Source: Candidatus Omnitrophota bacterium (GTDB lineage: Bacteria > Omnitrophota > Gorgyraeia > 2-02-FULL-51-18). From it: a stretch of 64,000 bases of DNA. This document shows positions 49,601 to 58,691 of this stretch, in pieces. Both the position numbers and the translations under genes were made by a program. Position 1 is the first letter of the stretch. The number at the start of each line of letters is the position of its first letter. The DNA is taken from assembly GCA_022072175.1 (NCBI GenBank), contig JAJVIE010000003.1, positions 1,134,483 through 1,198,482 on the forward strand, read 5' to 3'. The notes below the pieces were generated by a model. That model saw only the letters and a program-made list of their open reading frames with translations. It was not told where the DNA came from and ran no database searches.

Positions 49601-49807
49601 CCGCAGATCGGCTTCCTCGGCGTCCGAGCGCAGTTCCTCGCGCACCAGGGCCCTGAGCCCGACGGGAATGGACAATGAGATGGACGGCAGCGCCTCGCCG
49701 TCCCTGCAGGGCACGAGGTTGATCGCCTCCCCGTCCAGACGGCCCGGTTCCAGGCGCAGTTCCAACCCGGGATCCGTGACCGCGCGCCGGGGAACGGACG
49801 TCGCCAT
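46667..49807 (-). CDS. SNF2-family helicase with long N-terminal bacterial SNF2-associated region
   Basis: C-terminal half: DDMGLGKT (motif I), DEAQ (motif II), and helicase-C ...[23 protein letters not shown]. About 560 aa of unique N-terminus. Confidence 0.85.
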   Translation of the reverse strand: [1046 protein letters not shown]

Positions 49808-49815
49808 ACGCTCCG

Positions 49816-51870
49816 CTAGCTCCTGCGGATGACGCCGTCCAGGCGCTCGGCCAGATCGGCCCGGCCGAGAGCGGTCAGCGCCTCGAGACGGCCTCGCGCG
49901 TCGGCCGGACGGCCGGCGCGCAGATAAGCGATGCCGAGGTTGTAGTGCGAGTCGGGGAAATCCGGATTGGTCTCTACGGCCTTGCGGCCGTACTCGACGG
50001 CGGCCTTCGGATCACCGAGGTCCAGACTGACGATGCACAGGTTGTTGTAAGCGTGGAAGAGCATCGGGTCGGCCTCGACGGCCTTGAGATAGTACTGCCG
50101 GGCGCGCTGTTTGTCGCCGCGCTGGGAGTACACGTTGCCGGCGTTGGAGTACGCGGCCGATACCGACAGTCGGTCTCCGGCCGATTCCCCCAGACGGATC
50201 GCTGTCTCGAACTGCCCGAGCGCCTCGTCCACTCGGCCGCTCTCGAAGTATGCCCCTCCGAGATTGGCGTAGTCCTTGGCGTGGCGCGGGTCGAGCTCGA
50301 CGGCCTTCACCAGGTACGGGATCGCCTCGCCCGGAAGGCGTGCTTCGGCATAGTGGTTGCCGAGCTGTGAATACGGGCGCGGGTCCTCGGGATATTTCTT
50401 CATCGCGTCGGTCCACAGCGACACCTCGTCCTTCCAGACGCGATTGCGCGTATGCGTCGTCACCGCCAGCGCCGTCAGGGCCGCCAGAGCGGAGGCGGCC
50501 AGCGGCCGGAGCGGGAGGCGTCCGTACGCCGGACCTAGCGCGACCGCGACGGCGACCCCGGCCATCGGCAGGTACAGACGATGCTCGAACATCACGTCCG
50601 GCAACGGTACCAGGGATTCCATCGACAGCGTCAGGAAGAACCAGGCGACACCGTATCCGACGGCCGGCGCGCGCCGACGCAGGACCCAGGCCGCCGCCGC
50701 CATCGCGGCCAGGAGCGCCAATGAGAGCGCGGTGCCAAGGTCCGCGGAGGTCGTGATCGGATAGTCGTGCACCACCGACTGTCCGGCGGGCCACACGATC
50801 ATGCGCAGATAAGACCGCAGGACATTGAGCTGGGTGAGATAGTAGTGCGCGCGGGGCATGTTGCGCTCCGACTCCCAGCGCGTGAAATCCTCCAGACGCG
50901 CCAACCCCGAAGCCGGCGCCTCCGCCTCGACCTTGGCGGGCGCGACGAAGAAGATGCCTTCGGACTGCGAACGGTTGAGCAGAAGGATCGGAATGATGAC
51001 CAGACAGGCCAGAAAAGGCGCCAGGGCGCGTGAACGCTCCTTCCAGAACGCGCCCGGCCGGCCGAACCACCAGAGCTCCGTCAATACCAGGGCCGCCGGC
51101 AACGTGAGGCTGATCTCCTTGCAGAACATCGCGGCGACCGTCAGCGTCCAGGCGGCGATGGTCCATCGCCGGTCCTGCCTCAGCCGGGCTTCGACGTACG
51201 TCCAGACCGCTCCGACGTAGCACACCGTGGCCATCACCGCCGCGCGCTGCCAGATGTAGTTGACCGCCTGGGTCTGCAGGGGATGTGCGGCGAACAGCGC
51301 GCCCGCTGCCAGCGGGGCGACCCAGAGCAGTCGCCCGCTCGAGCGGTCGGCTAGGGGACGGGCCGCCGGGGTCCGCATCAGCGCGGACGCCAACAGCGCC
51401 ACCAGGGCCGACGCGATCGCGTGCAGCGCCACGTTGACCGCGTGATACCCGGTCGTCTCGAGACCTCCCAACCGGTAGTTGAGCGCCAGTGTCAGGCCCG
51501 TCAGGAAACGCGCGTTGAACTGATCGAAAAGCCGCTTGAGATCACCCGCTTCCTTGATGACGGGATTCTGGACGATCGTATAGGTGTCGTCGAAATGAAA
51601 GGACCCGTCCAGCGCGTTGGCGTACACGAGCACGGCGATCGCGGCGGCGGACAGCGCGGCCGCCCAGGGTAAGACCGGACCTACGGCCCGTGAGGGCTCG
51701 GTGCCGGGAGGCGCGATCGAAGTTACGGACGGCTCCGGTGTAGGATCCTTGGGTGCCTGGCGCAGGACGGAGCGAACGTTCTTTTCACGGAGACCGGTGC
51801 GCTCGGCGATCTCACGGACCGTGAGACGCCCGGCGTTCTCGAGGATGAACTTCCTGGTCTCCGGGTGCAT
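49816..51870 (-). CDS. TMTC-like GT-C membrane glycosyltransferase, paralog 3, with N-terminal HTH-like segment and C-terminal TPR domain
   Basis: N-terminal 40 aa RLTVREIAERTGLREKNVRSVL is HTH-like. TM core: DGSFHFDDTYTIVQNP...FLTGLTLALNYRLGGLETTGYHAVNVALHA... and HPLQTQAVNYIWQR. At least 5 TPR repeats at the C-terminus. Confidence 0.7.
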   Translation of the reverse strand: MHPETRKFILENAGRLTVREIAERTGLREKNVRSVLRQAPKDPTPEPSVTSIAPPGTEPSRAVGPVLPWAAALSAAAIAVLVYANALDGSFHFDDTYTIVQNPVIKEAGDLKRLFDQFNARFLTGLTLALNYRLGGLETTGYHAVNVALHAIASALVALLASALMRTPAARPLADRSSGRLLWVAPLAAGALFAAHPLQTQAVNYIWQRAAVMATVCYVGAVWTYVEARLRQDRRWTIAAWTLTVAAMFCKEISLTLPAALVLTELWWFGRPGAFWKERSRALAPFLACLVIIPILLLNRSQSEGIFFVAPAKVEAEAPASGLARLEDFTRWESERNMPRAHYYLTQLNVLRSYLRMIVWPAGQSVVHDYPITTSADLGTALSLALLAAMAAAAWVLRRRAPAVGYGVAWFFLTLSMESLVPLPDVMFEHRLYLPMAGVAVAVALGPAYGRLPLRPLAASALAALTALAVTTHTRNRVWKDEVSLWTDAMKKYPEDPRPYSQLGNHYAEARLPGEAIPYLVKAVELDPRHAKDYANLGGAYFESGRVDEALGQFETAIRLGESAGDRLSVSAAYSNAGNVYSQRGDKQRARQYYLKAVEADPMLFHAYNNLCIVSLDLGDPKAAVEYGRKAVETNPDFPDSHYNLGIAYLRAGRPADARGRLEALTALGRADLAERLDGVIRRS

Positions 51871-51964
51871 GCAGTGATTATAAGCGATGCGGTCGTGCCC
51901 TCACAAGGCCGATGGGCTCAAGGCCCTTGCGCCCGGAGGCGGGGCGGTTTAGACTGCACTCCAG

Positions 51965-53305
51965 ATGGCCGCTCAACAGCCCCTCACCGCGTCACTCTTG
52001 CGCCCCGGACCGCTCTGGGCCGTGCTGGTGGCCGCCGTTCTCACCGCTCAGACCTTCTGGCTCCAGCACGGCAAGGGCGACGAGCTCTTCTACGTGGCGA
52101 CGGCCATGAAGCTCGAAGCCTCCGGCTGGAGCGGCTACTCCCTGCGCGGCGTGGACGATCGCCGAGTCCAGGGCATCTATCGCGAATTCACCCCCGCGGC
52201 CTCCGGAGCCGAGGGAACACTGCTGAGCGCTCTCAAGAAGAGCGGGGCGGTCTACTATGACGCTCCGCTCCTGACACAGCCCCCGCTCTTGAGCCTGCTC
52301 ATCCAGGGCTCTCATCGACTGCTGGACGGCCGCTCGGCGTACCGCATCCTGCCTTTTCCTCTGCCCTTCCCCCGGGATCTCCGCCCCTCCGAGGCCAATA
52401 CCGTCCGCTGGCGTGTCGTGCGCACGCAGTTGTACGCGGCGCTGTGGCCCTTCCTTTTCGGACTGCTTTCGGTCGGAGCCGTGTACGCGCTGACCCTGGA
52501 GCTGAGCGATGACCGCCGGGCGGCCACTTGGGCGTCCCTGCTGATGGCCGCCGCGCCCGAGCATCTGCTGGCCTCCTCCAAGATCTGGGCCGACACCGCC
52601 GTGACGGTCTTGGTGACCCTATCCGTTTGGGCCTGGATCCGCGCTCGAAGATCCGACAGCTCCCCGATGGCCCTGGCGGCCGGAGCGCTGTGCGGTCTTG
52701 CGGCCCTGGCCAAGACCACGGGCTACCTCCCTCTCTTGGTCGTCGCGGCGATGTACCTGCGCGGCCTGGTCCTGAGACAGCGCGAACGTTCGCTCGTCCC
52801 TTTCGCGGTCGGCACCGCGGTCCTTTCGGCCCCGTGGTATCTGTATGTGGCCGCGGTGTACGGCGACCCTCTGTACGTGAACATCCTCTCCCAGCCCGTA
52901 CCCGCGGGTGAGTGGTTCGGAGAGCTGGCCTCCCGCCCTCTCGGCTACTATCTCGTCAACCTGCCGTATCAGACACCGCTGATCCTGGCCGCCGCGGCCG
53001 CTCCGGTGGCGTTGTGGACGGCTCGCACGCCCGGCGCTCGGTCGTTGCTGGCGGCGTGGGTGCTCCTACCGTTGACGGTGCTCTACGCGACCAAGGAAAT
53101 GCGCTACCTGCTCCCGCTCTACCCTCCGCTGCTAGCCCTGGCCGGAGCGGGACTGGAGAGGGCACGGAGATATCTGGACGGGATCCGGCCTCCAACGGGA
53201 TCGCTCGTGACGGCCGCCGCGCTGGCGGCGTCGTTGTTGTGGTCGGCGTCCATCGGCCTGAGCCATGCGGCCGCCGGGTCCGGGCTCATCAAAGCCCCCT
53301 TCTGA
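51965..53305 (+). CDS. GT39/ArnT-like (PMT_2) GT-C membrane glycosyltransferase
   Basis: Polytopic protein with an early DE motif (GDELFYVATAMK) in the first loop. About 12 TM helices. Confidence 0.7.
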   Translation: MAAQQPLTASLLRPGPLWAVLVAAVLTAQTFWLQHGKGDELFYVATAMKLEASGWSGYSLRGVDDRRVQGIYREFTPAASGAEGTLLSALKKSGAVYYDAPLLTQPPLLSLLIQGSHRLLDGRSAYRILPFPLPFPRDLRPSEANTVRWRVVRTQLYAALWPFLFGLLSVGAVYALTLELSDDRRAATWASLLMAAAPEHLLASSKIWADTAVTVLVTLSVWAWIRARRSDSSPMALAAGALCGLAALAKTTGYLPLLVVAAMYLRGLVLRQRERSLVPFAVGTAVLSAPWYLYVAAVYGDPLYVNILSQPVPAGEWFGELASRPLGYYLVNLPYQTPLILAAAAAPVALWTARTPGARSLLAAWVLLPLTVLYATKEMRYLLPLYPPLLALAGAGLERARRYLDGIRPPTGSLVTAAALAASLLWSASIGLSHAAAGSGLIKAPF

Positions 53306-53351
53306 TCCCGGCTCTGGACGCCGGACCTCGCCACGGTTACAATACGCCCCC

Positions 53352-55634
53352 ATGAGCACCGAGACCGCACCGCAACCCCAGCCGGCGATCGAGGAGATCC
53401 TTTCCAAGGAGATCCAGGTCAAGCCGCACCAGGTCTGGGCCGCCATCAAGCTCCTCGACGGCGGCGCGACGGTACCGTTCATCGCGCGCTATCGCAAAGA
53501 AGCCACCGGCGGGATGTCCGACACGCATCTGCGTCTCCTGGCCGACCGTCTCGAGTACCTGCGTGAGCTCGAAAGCCGCCGCATCGCGATCCTGCAGAGC
53601 ATCGAGGAGCAGGGTAAGCTCGTACCCGAGCTCAAGGACAAGATCCTCGCGGTCACGTCCAAGAGCGAGCTCGAGGACCTCTATCTGCCCTTCCGCCCGC
53701 GCAAGCGCACCAAGGCCCAGGCCGCGCGCGAGATGGGCCTCGAACCTCTGGCCGACCTCCTGCTGTCGGGTCAGGAACCGTCCCCTGAAACGATCACCGA
53801 GACCTACGTCCGTCCCGAAAAAGGCGTCTCATCGGTCGCCGAGGCGCTCGGCGGCGCGCGCGAGATCCTCATCGAGCGCTTCGCTGAGGACGCCGCGCTC
53901 ATCGGCGGCCTGCGCCGCAAGTACACCGAGGAAGGTTGGATCCACTCGCGTCTGATCGAGGGCAAAGGCGAGGCGGGCATCAAGTTCTCGGACTATTTCG
54001 ATCACAAGGAGCCCATCAAAGGCATCCCCTCTCACCGCACCCTCGCTTTGTTGCGGGGCCGTCAGGAGGAGTTCCTGCGCGTGTCGCTCGAGCCGGGCTC
54101 TCCGGAGTCCGACGAGACCTACACCGAGACCACCTATGTCCAGCGCGTGGCCGAACGCTTCGGCATCGTCCGTGAGCGCTCGGGCGCCGGTCCTTGGCTG
54201 TGGGAGACCGCCCGGCTGGCCTGGCGGCTCAAGCTCCGTATCCACCTGGAGCTGGACATCCTGATGGAACTGCGCAAACGCTCCGAGGAAGAGGCGATCC
54301 GCGTCTTCGCGGAGAACCTCAAGAACCTGCTGCTGGCCTCCCCCGCGGGCGGCCGCCCCACGCTCGGGCTCGACCCGGGCTTCAGGACCGGCGTCAAGAT
54401 CGCGGCCGTGGACGCCACCGGCAAGCTCATCGCCACGGCGACCGTCTATCCCCACCCGCCGCAGGAGGAGTGGCGTCAGGCCGTGCAGGTGATCGCGACG
54501 ATGATCCAGCGCTACAAGATCGAGCTGGTGGCCGTCGGCAACGGCACCGCCTCGCGTGAGACGGAAAAACTCGCTCTCGAGGCGATCAAGCTCACCGGCG
54601 ACGCCAAGGTCCAGAAAGTCGTCGTCTCCGAGGCCGGCGCTTCGGTGTACTCGGCCTCCGAGCTGGCCTCCAACGAACTGCCCCGTATCGACGTGTCTCT
54701 CAGAGGCGCGGTCTCCATCGCCCGACGCCTGCAGGACCCCCTGGCCGAGCTCGTCAAGATCGACCCCAAGAGCATCGGGGTGGGCCAATACCAGCATGAC
54801 GTCAACCAGACGCGGCTGGCCCAGGCCCTGCACAACGTCGTCGAAGATTGCGTCAACGCCGTCGGCGTGGACGTCAACACCGCCTCGCCGTCCCTCCTGT
54901 CGTACGTTTCGGGTCTCAACAAGCGGACGGCCGCGAGTCTCGTCGCCCACCGGCACGACAAGGGCGCCTTCAAGGACCGGCAGGAACTGCTCAAGATCGC
55001 GGATTTCGGGTCCAAGACGTTCGAGCAGGCCGCGGGCTTCCTGCGCATCCGCGGCGGCGACAACCCCCTCGACGCCTCGGCCGTCCACCCGGAGTCCTAC
55101 CCGGTCGTCGAGCGCATCCTCTCCAAGACCCAGAAACCCATCTCGGAGCTCATCGGCAACTCCACCGCGCTCAAGAAGCTCGACGCCAAGGAGTTCACCG
55201 ACGAGCGCTTCGGTCTGCCGACGGTACAGGACATCCTCGCGGAGCTCGAGAAGCCGGGCCGGGACCCGCGTCCGGAGTTCCGCACGGCGACGTTCAAGGA
55301 GGATATCAACAAGCTCGAGGACCTCAAGCCGGGCATGGTCCTCGAGGGTTGCGTGACCAACGTCGCCAACTTCGGCGCTTTCGTGGACATCGGGGTCCAC
55401 CAGGACGGGCTGGTGCACATCTCCGAGCTCACGGACGGGTTCGTGGACGACCCGCACAAGATCATCAAGACCGGGCAGATCGTGAAGGTCCGTGTCGTCG
55501 AGGTGGACCTGGCGCGCCGGCGCGTGGCGCTGACCCTGCGCTCCGGCCCCGCCAAGCCGAAAGGCCGCGACAGCGGTCCGTCGCGGCCTTCCTCCGCCCC
55601 CAAGACGGGCGGCTTCAACACCCTGCGGATCTAG
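53352..55634 (+). CDS. tex: Transcription accessory protein Tex
   Basis: Start MSTETAPQ... Contains YqgF/RuvC-like, HhH and C-terminal S1 domains (..GMVLEGCVTNVANFGAFVDIG..). Confidence 0.9.
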   Translation: MSTETAPQPQPAIEEILSKEIQVKPHQVWAAIKLLDGGATVPFIARYRKEATGGMSDTHLRLLADRLEYLRELESRRIAILQSIEEQGKLVPELKDKILAVTSKSELEDLYLPFRPRKRTKAQAAREMGLEPLADLLLSGQEPSPETITETYVRPEKGVSSVAEALGGAREILIERFAEDAALIGGLRRKYTEEGWIHSRLIEGKGEAGIKFSDYFDHKEPIKGIPSHRTLALLRGRQEEFLRVSLEPGSPESDETYTETTYVQRVAERFGIVRERSGAGPWLWETARLAWRLKLRIHLELDILMELRKRSEEEAIRVFAENLKNLLLASPAGGRPTLGLDPGFRTGVKIAAVDATGKLIATATVYPHPPQEEWRQAVQVIATMIQRYKIELVAVGNGTASRETEKLALEAIKLTGDAKVQKVVVSEAGASVYSASELASNELPRIDVSLRGAVSIARRLQDPLAELVKIDPKSIGVGQYQHDVNQTRLAQALHNVVEDCVNAVGVDVNTASPSLLSYVSGLNKRTAASLVAHRHDKGAFKDRQELLKIADFGSKTFEQAAGFLRIRGGDNPLDASAVHPESYPVVERILSKTQKPISELIGNSTALKKLDAKEFTDERFGLPTVQDILAELEKPGRDPRPEFRTATFKEDINKLEDLKPGMVLEGCVTNVANFGAFVDIGVHQDGLVHISELTDGFVDDPHKIIKTGQIVKVRVVEVDLARRRVALTLRSGPAKPKGRDSGPSRPSSAPKTGGFNTLRI

Positions 55635-56452
55635 GCCGTCCGCCTCAAGCCCTTCAGCACCCCCGCAAGCGCCAGCGTCACCCCAAAAACGCACACGACG
55701 CTCGCCCCCGTCGGATAGTCCAGGAAGTACGACACGGCCATGCCCGCCAGACTGACGATCGCGGCGATCGTCCATCCGAGGAAGAGTCTCTTGCGAATAT
55801 CCTCGGTGATGAGCACCGCGGCGGCGGCCGGCACCACGAGATAGGCGAACACCAGGAGCACGCCGGCCACGTGCACGGAACACGTCACGACGATGCCGAA
55901 CGTCGCGTAGAAGAGAAAATCCCACCCCCTCACGTTGAGCCCCTCACGGAACGCCCCCTGCGGATCGGCGGAGATCCGGAAGAAAGGCCCGCGGAAGATG
56001 AAGTGCACGACGCCGACCGCCGAATAGATGGCCAGCATCTTGAGCACCTCGTGCGGCCCGGTCAGCAGGATGTTGCCCACGAGCATCTGACGAATGTGCT
56101 CATCGCCCTCGCCGGTCCGGCTGAGCACCATCACCAATGCCGCCGCGGACACCGCGTAGACGATACCGATGAGCGCCTCCTGCGGGATGCGCTGTTTTCT
56201 GAAGCGTGTCAGCGCGAACACCGCCGCGCCGCACACCGTGAAGACCAGCGACATCCCGTAGGCCCAGGCGTCATGGCCGTCGTGACCGAACAACAGCGCC
56301 AGACCCGCGCCCAGCGCCGCGATCTGAGCCAGGGCCAGGTCCACGAAGATGACCTCGCGCTGGATCACATGCAGGCCCAGATAGGCATGGATCCCCGTAA
56401 GGACCAGACAGGCCAGGAACGGCCACAACATGACGCCCAGGAACTCCTGCAT
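55631..56452 (-). CDS. znuB: Metal ABC transporter permease (ABC-3, ZnuB/MntB-like)
   Basis: 273 aa, 8 TM helices, ABC-3 family pattern. Confidence 0.85.
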   Translation of the reverse strand: MQEFLGVMLWPFLACLVLTGIHAYLGLHVIQREVIFVDLALAQIAALGAGLALLFGHDGHDAWAYGMSLVFTVCGAAVFALTRFRKQRIPQEALIGIVYAVSAAALVMVLSRTGEGDEHIRQMLVGNILLTGPHEVLKMLAIYSAVGVVHFIFRGPFFRISADPQGAFREGLNVRGWDFLFYATFGIVVTCSVHVAGVLLVFAYLVVPAAAAVLITEDIRKRLFLGWTIAAIVSLAGMAVSYFLDYPTGASVVCVFGVTLALAGVLKGLRRTA

Positions 56453-57382
56453 CTATTTCAGCGCCTCCGCCAACACCTGAAGGTTACGGTCGAAAAATGC
56501 GAAGTAATCCTCGTTCTCCGCGACCTCTCCGACGTTCTGTGCCACCGTGACGACCGGCACTCCGATCCTGCGGCCGAAGCTCTCCGCGATCCCCTTGGGA
56601 AAGTACGTCGGCATCACGATCGCCTTGACGGCTCCGGACCGAGCGTACTCTTCCAGCTCCTGCAGATGCCGCGGTGTCGGCGGCACTCCGGGCTTGGGTT
56701 CCAGGAAGCGCTCGGCCTTGAGGTCCAGGTAGTCCGCCATGTACTCGAAGTCGTCATGGTACGACAGCACCTCTTTGCCGGAGCAATGCGCGCACAGCAC
56801 CTGCCATTCGGCGAGCTTGGCATCGAGCTTGGCGAGGAACGCCTGATGGTTGGCGTCGTAGACGGACGCCCCCTCCGGATCGATCTCCTTGAGCTTGGCC
56901 AAGATCACTTCGCACATCGGCCGTGCATTGCGCGGATCGAGCGTATAGTGAGGATTGCCGTACAGATGGATATCACCCTCCGCGCGGGACGGTCCCGTCT
57001 GCGGGACCTTGAGCAGCTTGACTTGCGTCGAGACATCCACGGAGCGCGCGGCCCCACGGAAGAACTCCGGACGCCCGGCCGCCTCCACCAGAGGATCGGA
57101 CCACGCCTCCAGGTCCAATCCGGCATTGACGTACAGATCCGCTTTGCGCAGAGCACGCACATCACTGGGTCTGGGCTGGATGTAGTGGACGTTGAACCGC
57201 GGCGAGGCCACATGCCTGACCTCGACGCGTTCCTTGCCGATCTGCCGCACCAGGTCCGCCAGCAGCGACTGGGTCGCGACGACCTGGACCTTGTCCGCGG
57301 CCCTCGCGGCGGTCGGTACCGCCGCCAAGACCATCAGCACCGCGGCAGCGGCTAATGACCGCCATCCTTTGGGTCTGATCAT
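56453..57382 (-). CDS. znuA: Metal ABC transporter substrate-binding protein (TroA/ZnuA-like)
   Basis: Start Met29 (MIRPKGWRSLAAAAVLMV, signal peptide). The longer track ORF would overlap the porin gene by 71 nt. TroA-fold motifs. Confidence 0.85.
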   Translation of the reverse strand: MIRPKGWRSLAAAAVLMVLAAVPTAARAADKVQVVATQSLLADLVRQIGKERVEVRHVASPRFNVHYIQPRPSDVRALRKADLYVNAGLDLEAWSDPLVEAAGRPEFFRGAARSVDVSTQVKLLKVPQTGPSRAEGDIHLYGNPHYTLDPRNARPMCEVILAKLKEIDPEGASVYDANHQAFLAKLDAKLAEWQVLCAHCSGKEVLSYHDDFEYMADYLDLKAERFLEPKPGVPPTPRHLQELEEYARSGAVKAIVMPTYFPKGIAESFGRRIGVPVVTVAQNVGEVAENEDYFAFFDRNLQVLAEALK

Positions 57383-57395
57383 GATCTCCCCCGTT

Positions 57396-58691
57396 CTACT
57401 GAAGTTTGTGCTTGTGTTCGCCGATGGCGAAGGTGCCTTGGACGAAAACACGGTTGTCGTCGTCACCGCTCTGCAGGTCCAGATGCGAGTACTGTACCCT
57501 CCAGCGCGCGTATTCGCTCTGGTAGAAAGTCAGGTACGTGCTGAACCCGCGCTCGGTCTGCTGGGGATTGGCGAAATCCTCACTGGTCTCAATGAGCTGT
57601 ACGTTGTCATAACGCACACCGGTCGCCCACTGCGGCAGGAACCTCCAGTCCAGGAGCGCGTAGCCGCCCCACAGCGAACGGGCGTCATCAAGGTCCTGGT
57701 TGAAGATCTCGCTGGTCGTTTCATCCTCGAGCGGGTAGAACGACTCGCGGCGATTCACATGGTATGCTTCGCTCTGTAGCTTGATATGCCTCTGATCGCC
57801 GTAGCGGTGGATCAGCGTGCCGTCCAGTCCGATGACATTGACCTCGAACGACGAGTCGTCATCGCGTGATCCGACCAGATGCGACACACCCAGCTCCAGA
57901 CCGGTCACGTCATTGAGGTCGACGTAGTTCTTCAAGCGGTTGTAGATCGTCGGATGGCGGCGAGTCTCGCCGAAGAGAGAGCCCTCCTCGCCGTTGCCCC
58001 CCTCCAGCACGCCGAAGGTCCACTCATGGGTCATGTCCCACGGCAGTTCGATCGGACGGGTCAGGTCCACGCCGGTCTTGTTGTACCCGTGATGGCCGAA
58101 GTACTTCTCGAGCACCAGCGGCAGGTCGACCGTATCGAGGGAGTCGCGGTGCACCGGCAGGACCTTGCCGATCTTCGGCAGGAAGCGCCCGATGCGTGCC
58201 GTGAAGTCCAGCGGCAGATCGAAGCGTGTCGCGTACGCTTCCTCGAGGCTCATCTCCTCGAAATCCGCGATACCCAGCGTCACGTCCAAGCGGATGTACG
58301 GGTCTACGGCGCTGCCGAACACGATCTCCACCTCGCGGGCGCTGATGCGATCGGCGCCCTCCTCATCGGACTTCGGACTGTCCGACTGCATGACGATGTC
58401 GGCCACGACGCCGATATCGGGATTCCAGCGGCCGGTCGCTACGCCTGAGGGGCGTCCTCCCGTAACAGGCAGCCACGACGCGGGTCCGGATACCGGCCCC
58501 GAAGAACGCAGGCTCTGCAGCTCTTTCTGCTGTGCATCCACGGTCAGCTTGAGGTCCTTCACGAGCACGGACAGCTCCTGCACTTGAGTGCGCAGGGCTT
58601 CCATTTCATTGGCCCAGGCTTCTTTGGGCGCGGGCAGTCCGGCGCCGCAAGCCAGGCACCAGACCATCGATACGATCAGGGTCTTCTTCAT
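57396..58691 (-). CDS. Putative outer-membrane porin with N-terminal coiled coil
   Basis: Signal peptide, about 50 aa of coiled coil, then an alternating-strand beta-barrel region. GGAGG RBS 6 nt upstream. Confidence 0.6.
   Translation of the reverse strand: MKKTLIVSMVWCLACGAGLPAPKEAWANEMEALRTQVQELSVLVKDLKLTVDAQQKELQSLRSSGPVSGPASWLPVTGGRPSGVATGRWNPDIGVVADIVMQSDSPKSDEEGADRISAREVEIVFGSAVDPYIRLDVTLGIADFEEMSLEEAYATRFDLPLDFTARIGRFLPKIGKVLPVHRDSLDTVDLPLVLEKYFGHHGYNKTGVDLTRPIELPWDMTHEWTFGVLEGGNGEEGSLFGETRRHPTIYNRLKNYVDLNDVTGLELGVSHLVGSRDDDSSFEVNVIGLDGTLIHRYGDQRHIKLQSEAYHVNRRESFYPLEDETTSEIFNQDLDDARSLWGGYALLDWRFLPQWATGVRYDNVQLIETSEDFANPQQTERGFSTYLTFYQSEYARWRVQYSHLDLQSGDDDNRVFVQGTFAIGEHKHKLQ

Noticed and set aside
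53829-55925. 698-aa minus-strand ORF antisense to tex
   Set aside because: Tex on the plus strand has S1, HhH and YqgF features. The antisense frame is Gly/Arg/Asp-rich with no motifs.
54848-57355. 835-aa plus-strand ORF spanning the tex 3' end and antisense to znuB/znuA
   Set aside because: Crosses three well-supported genes on both strands. His/Arg/Gly-rich low-complexity translation.
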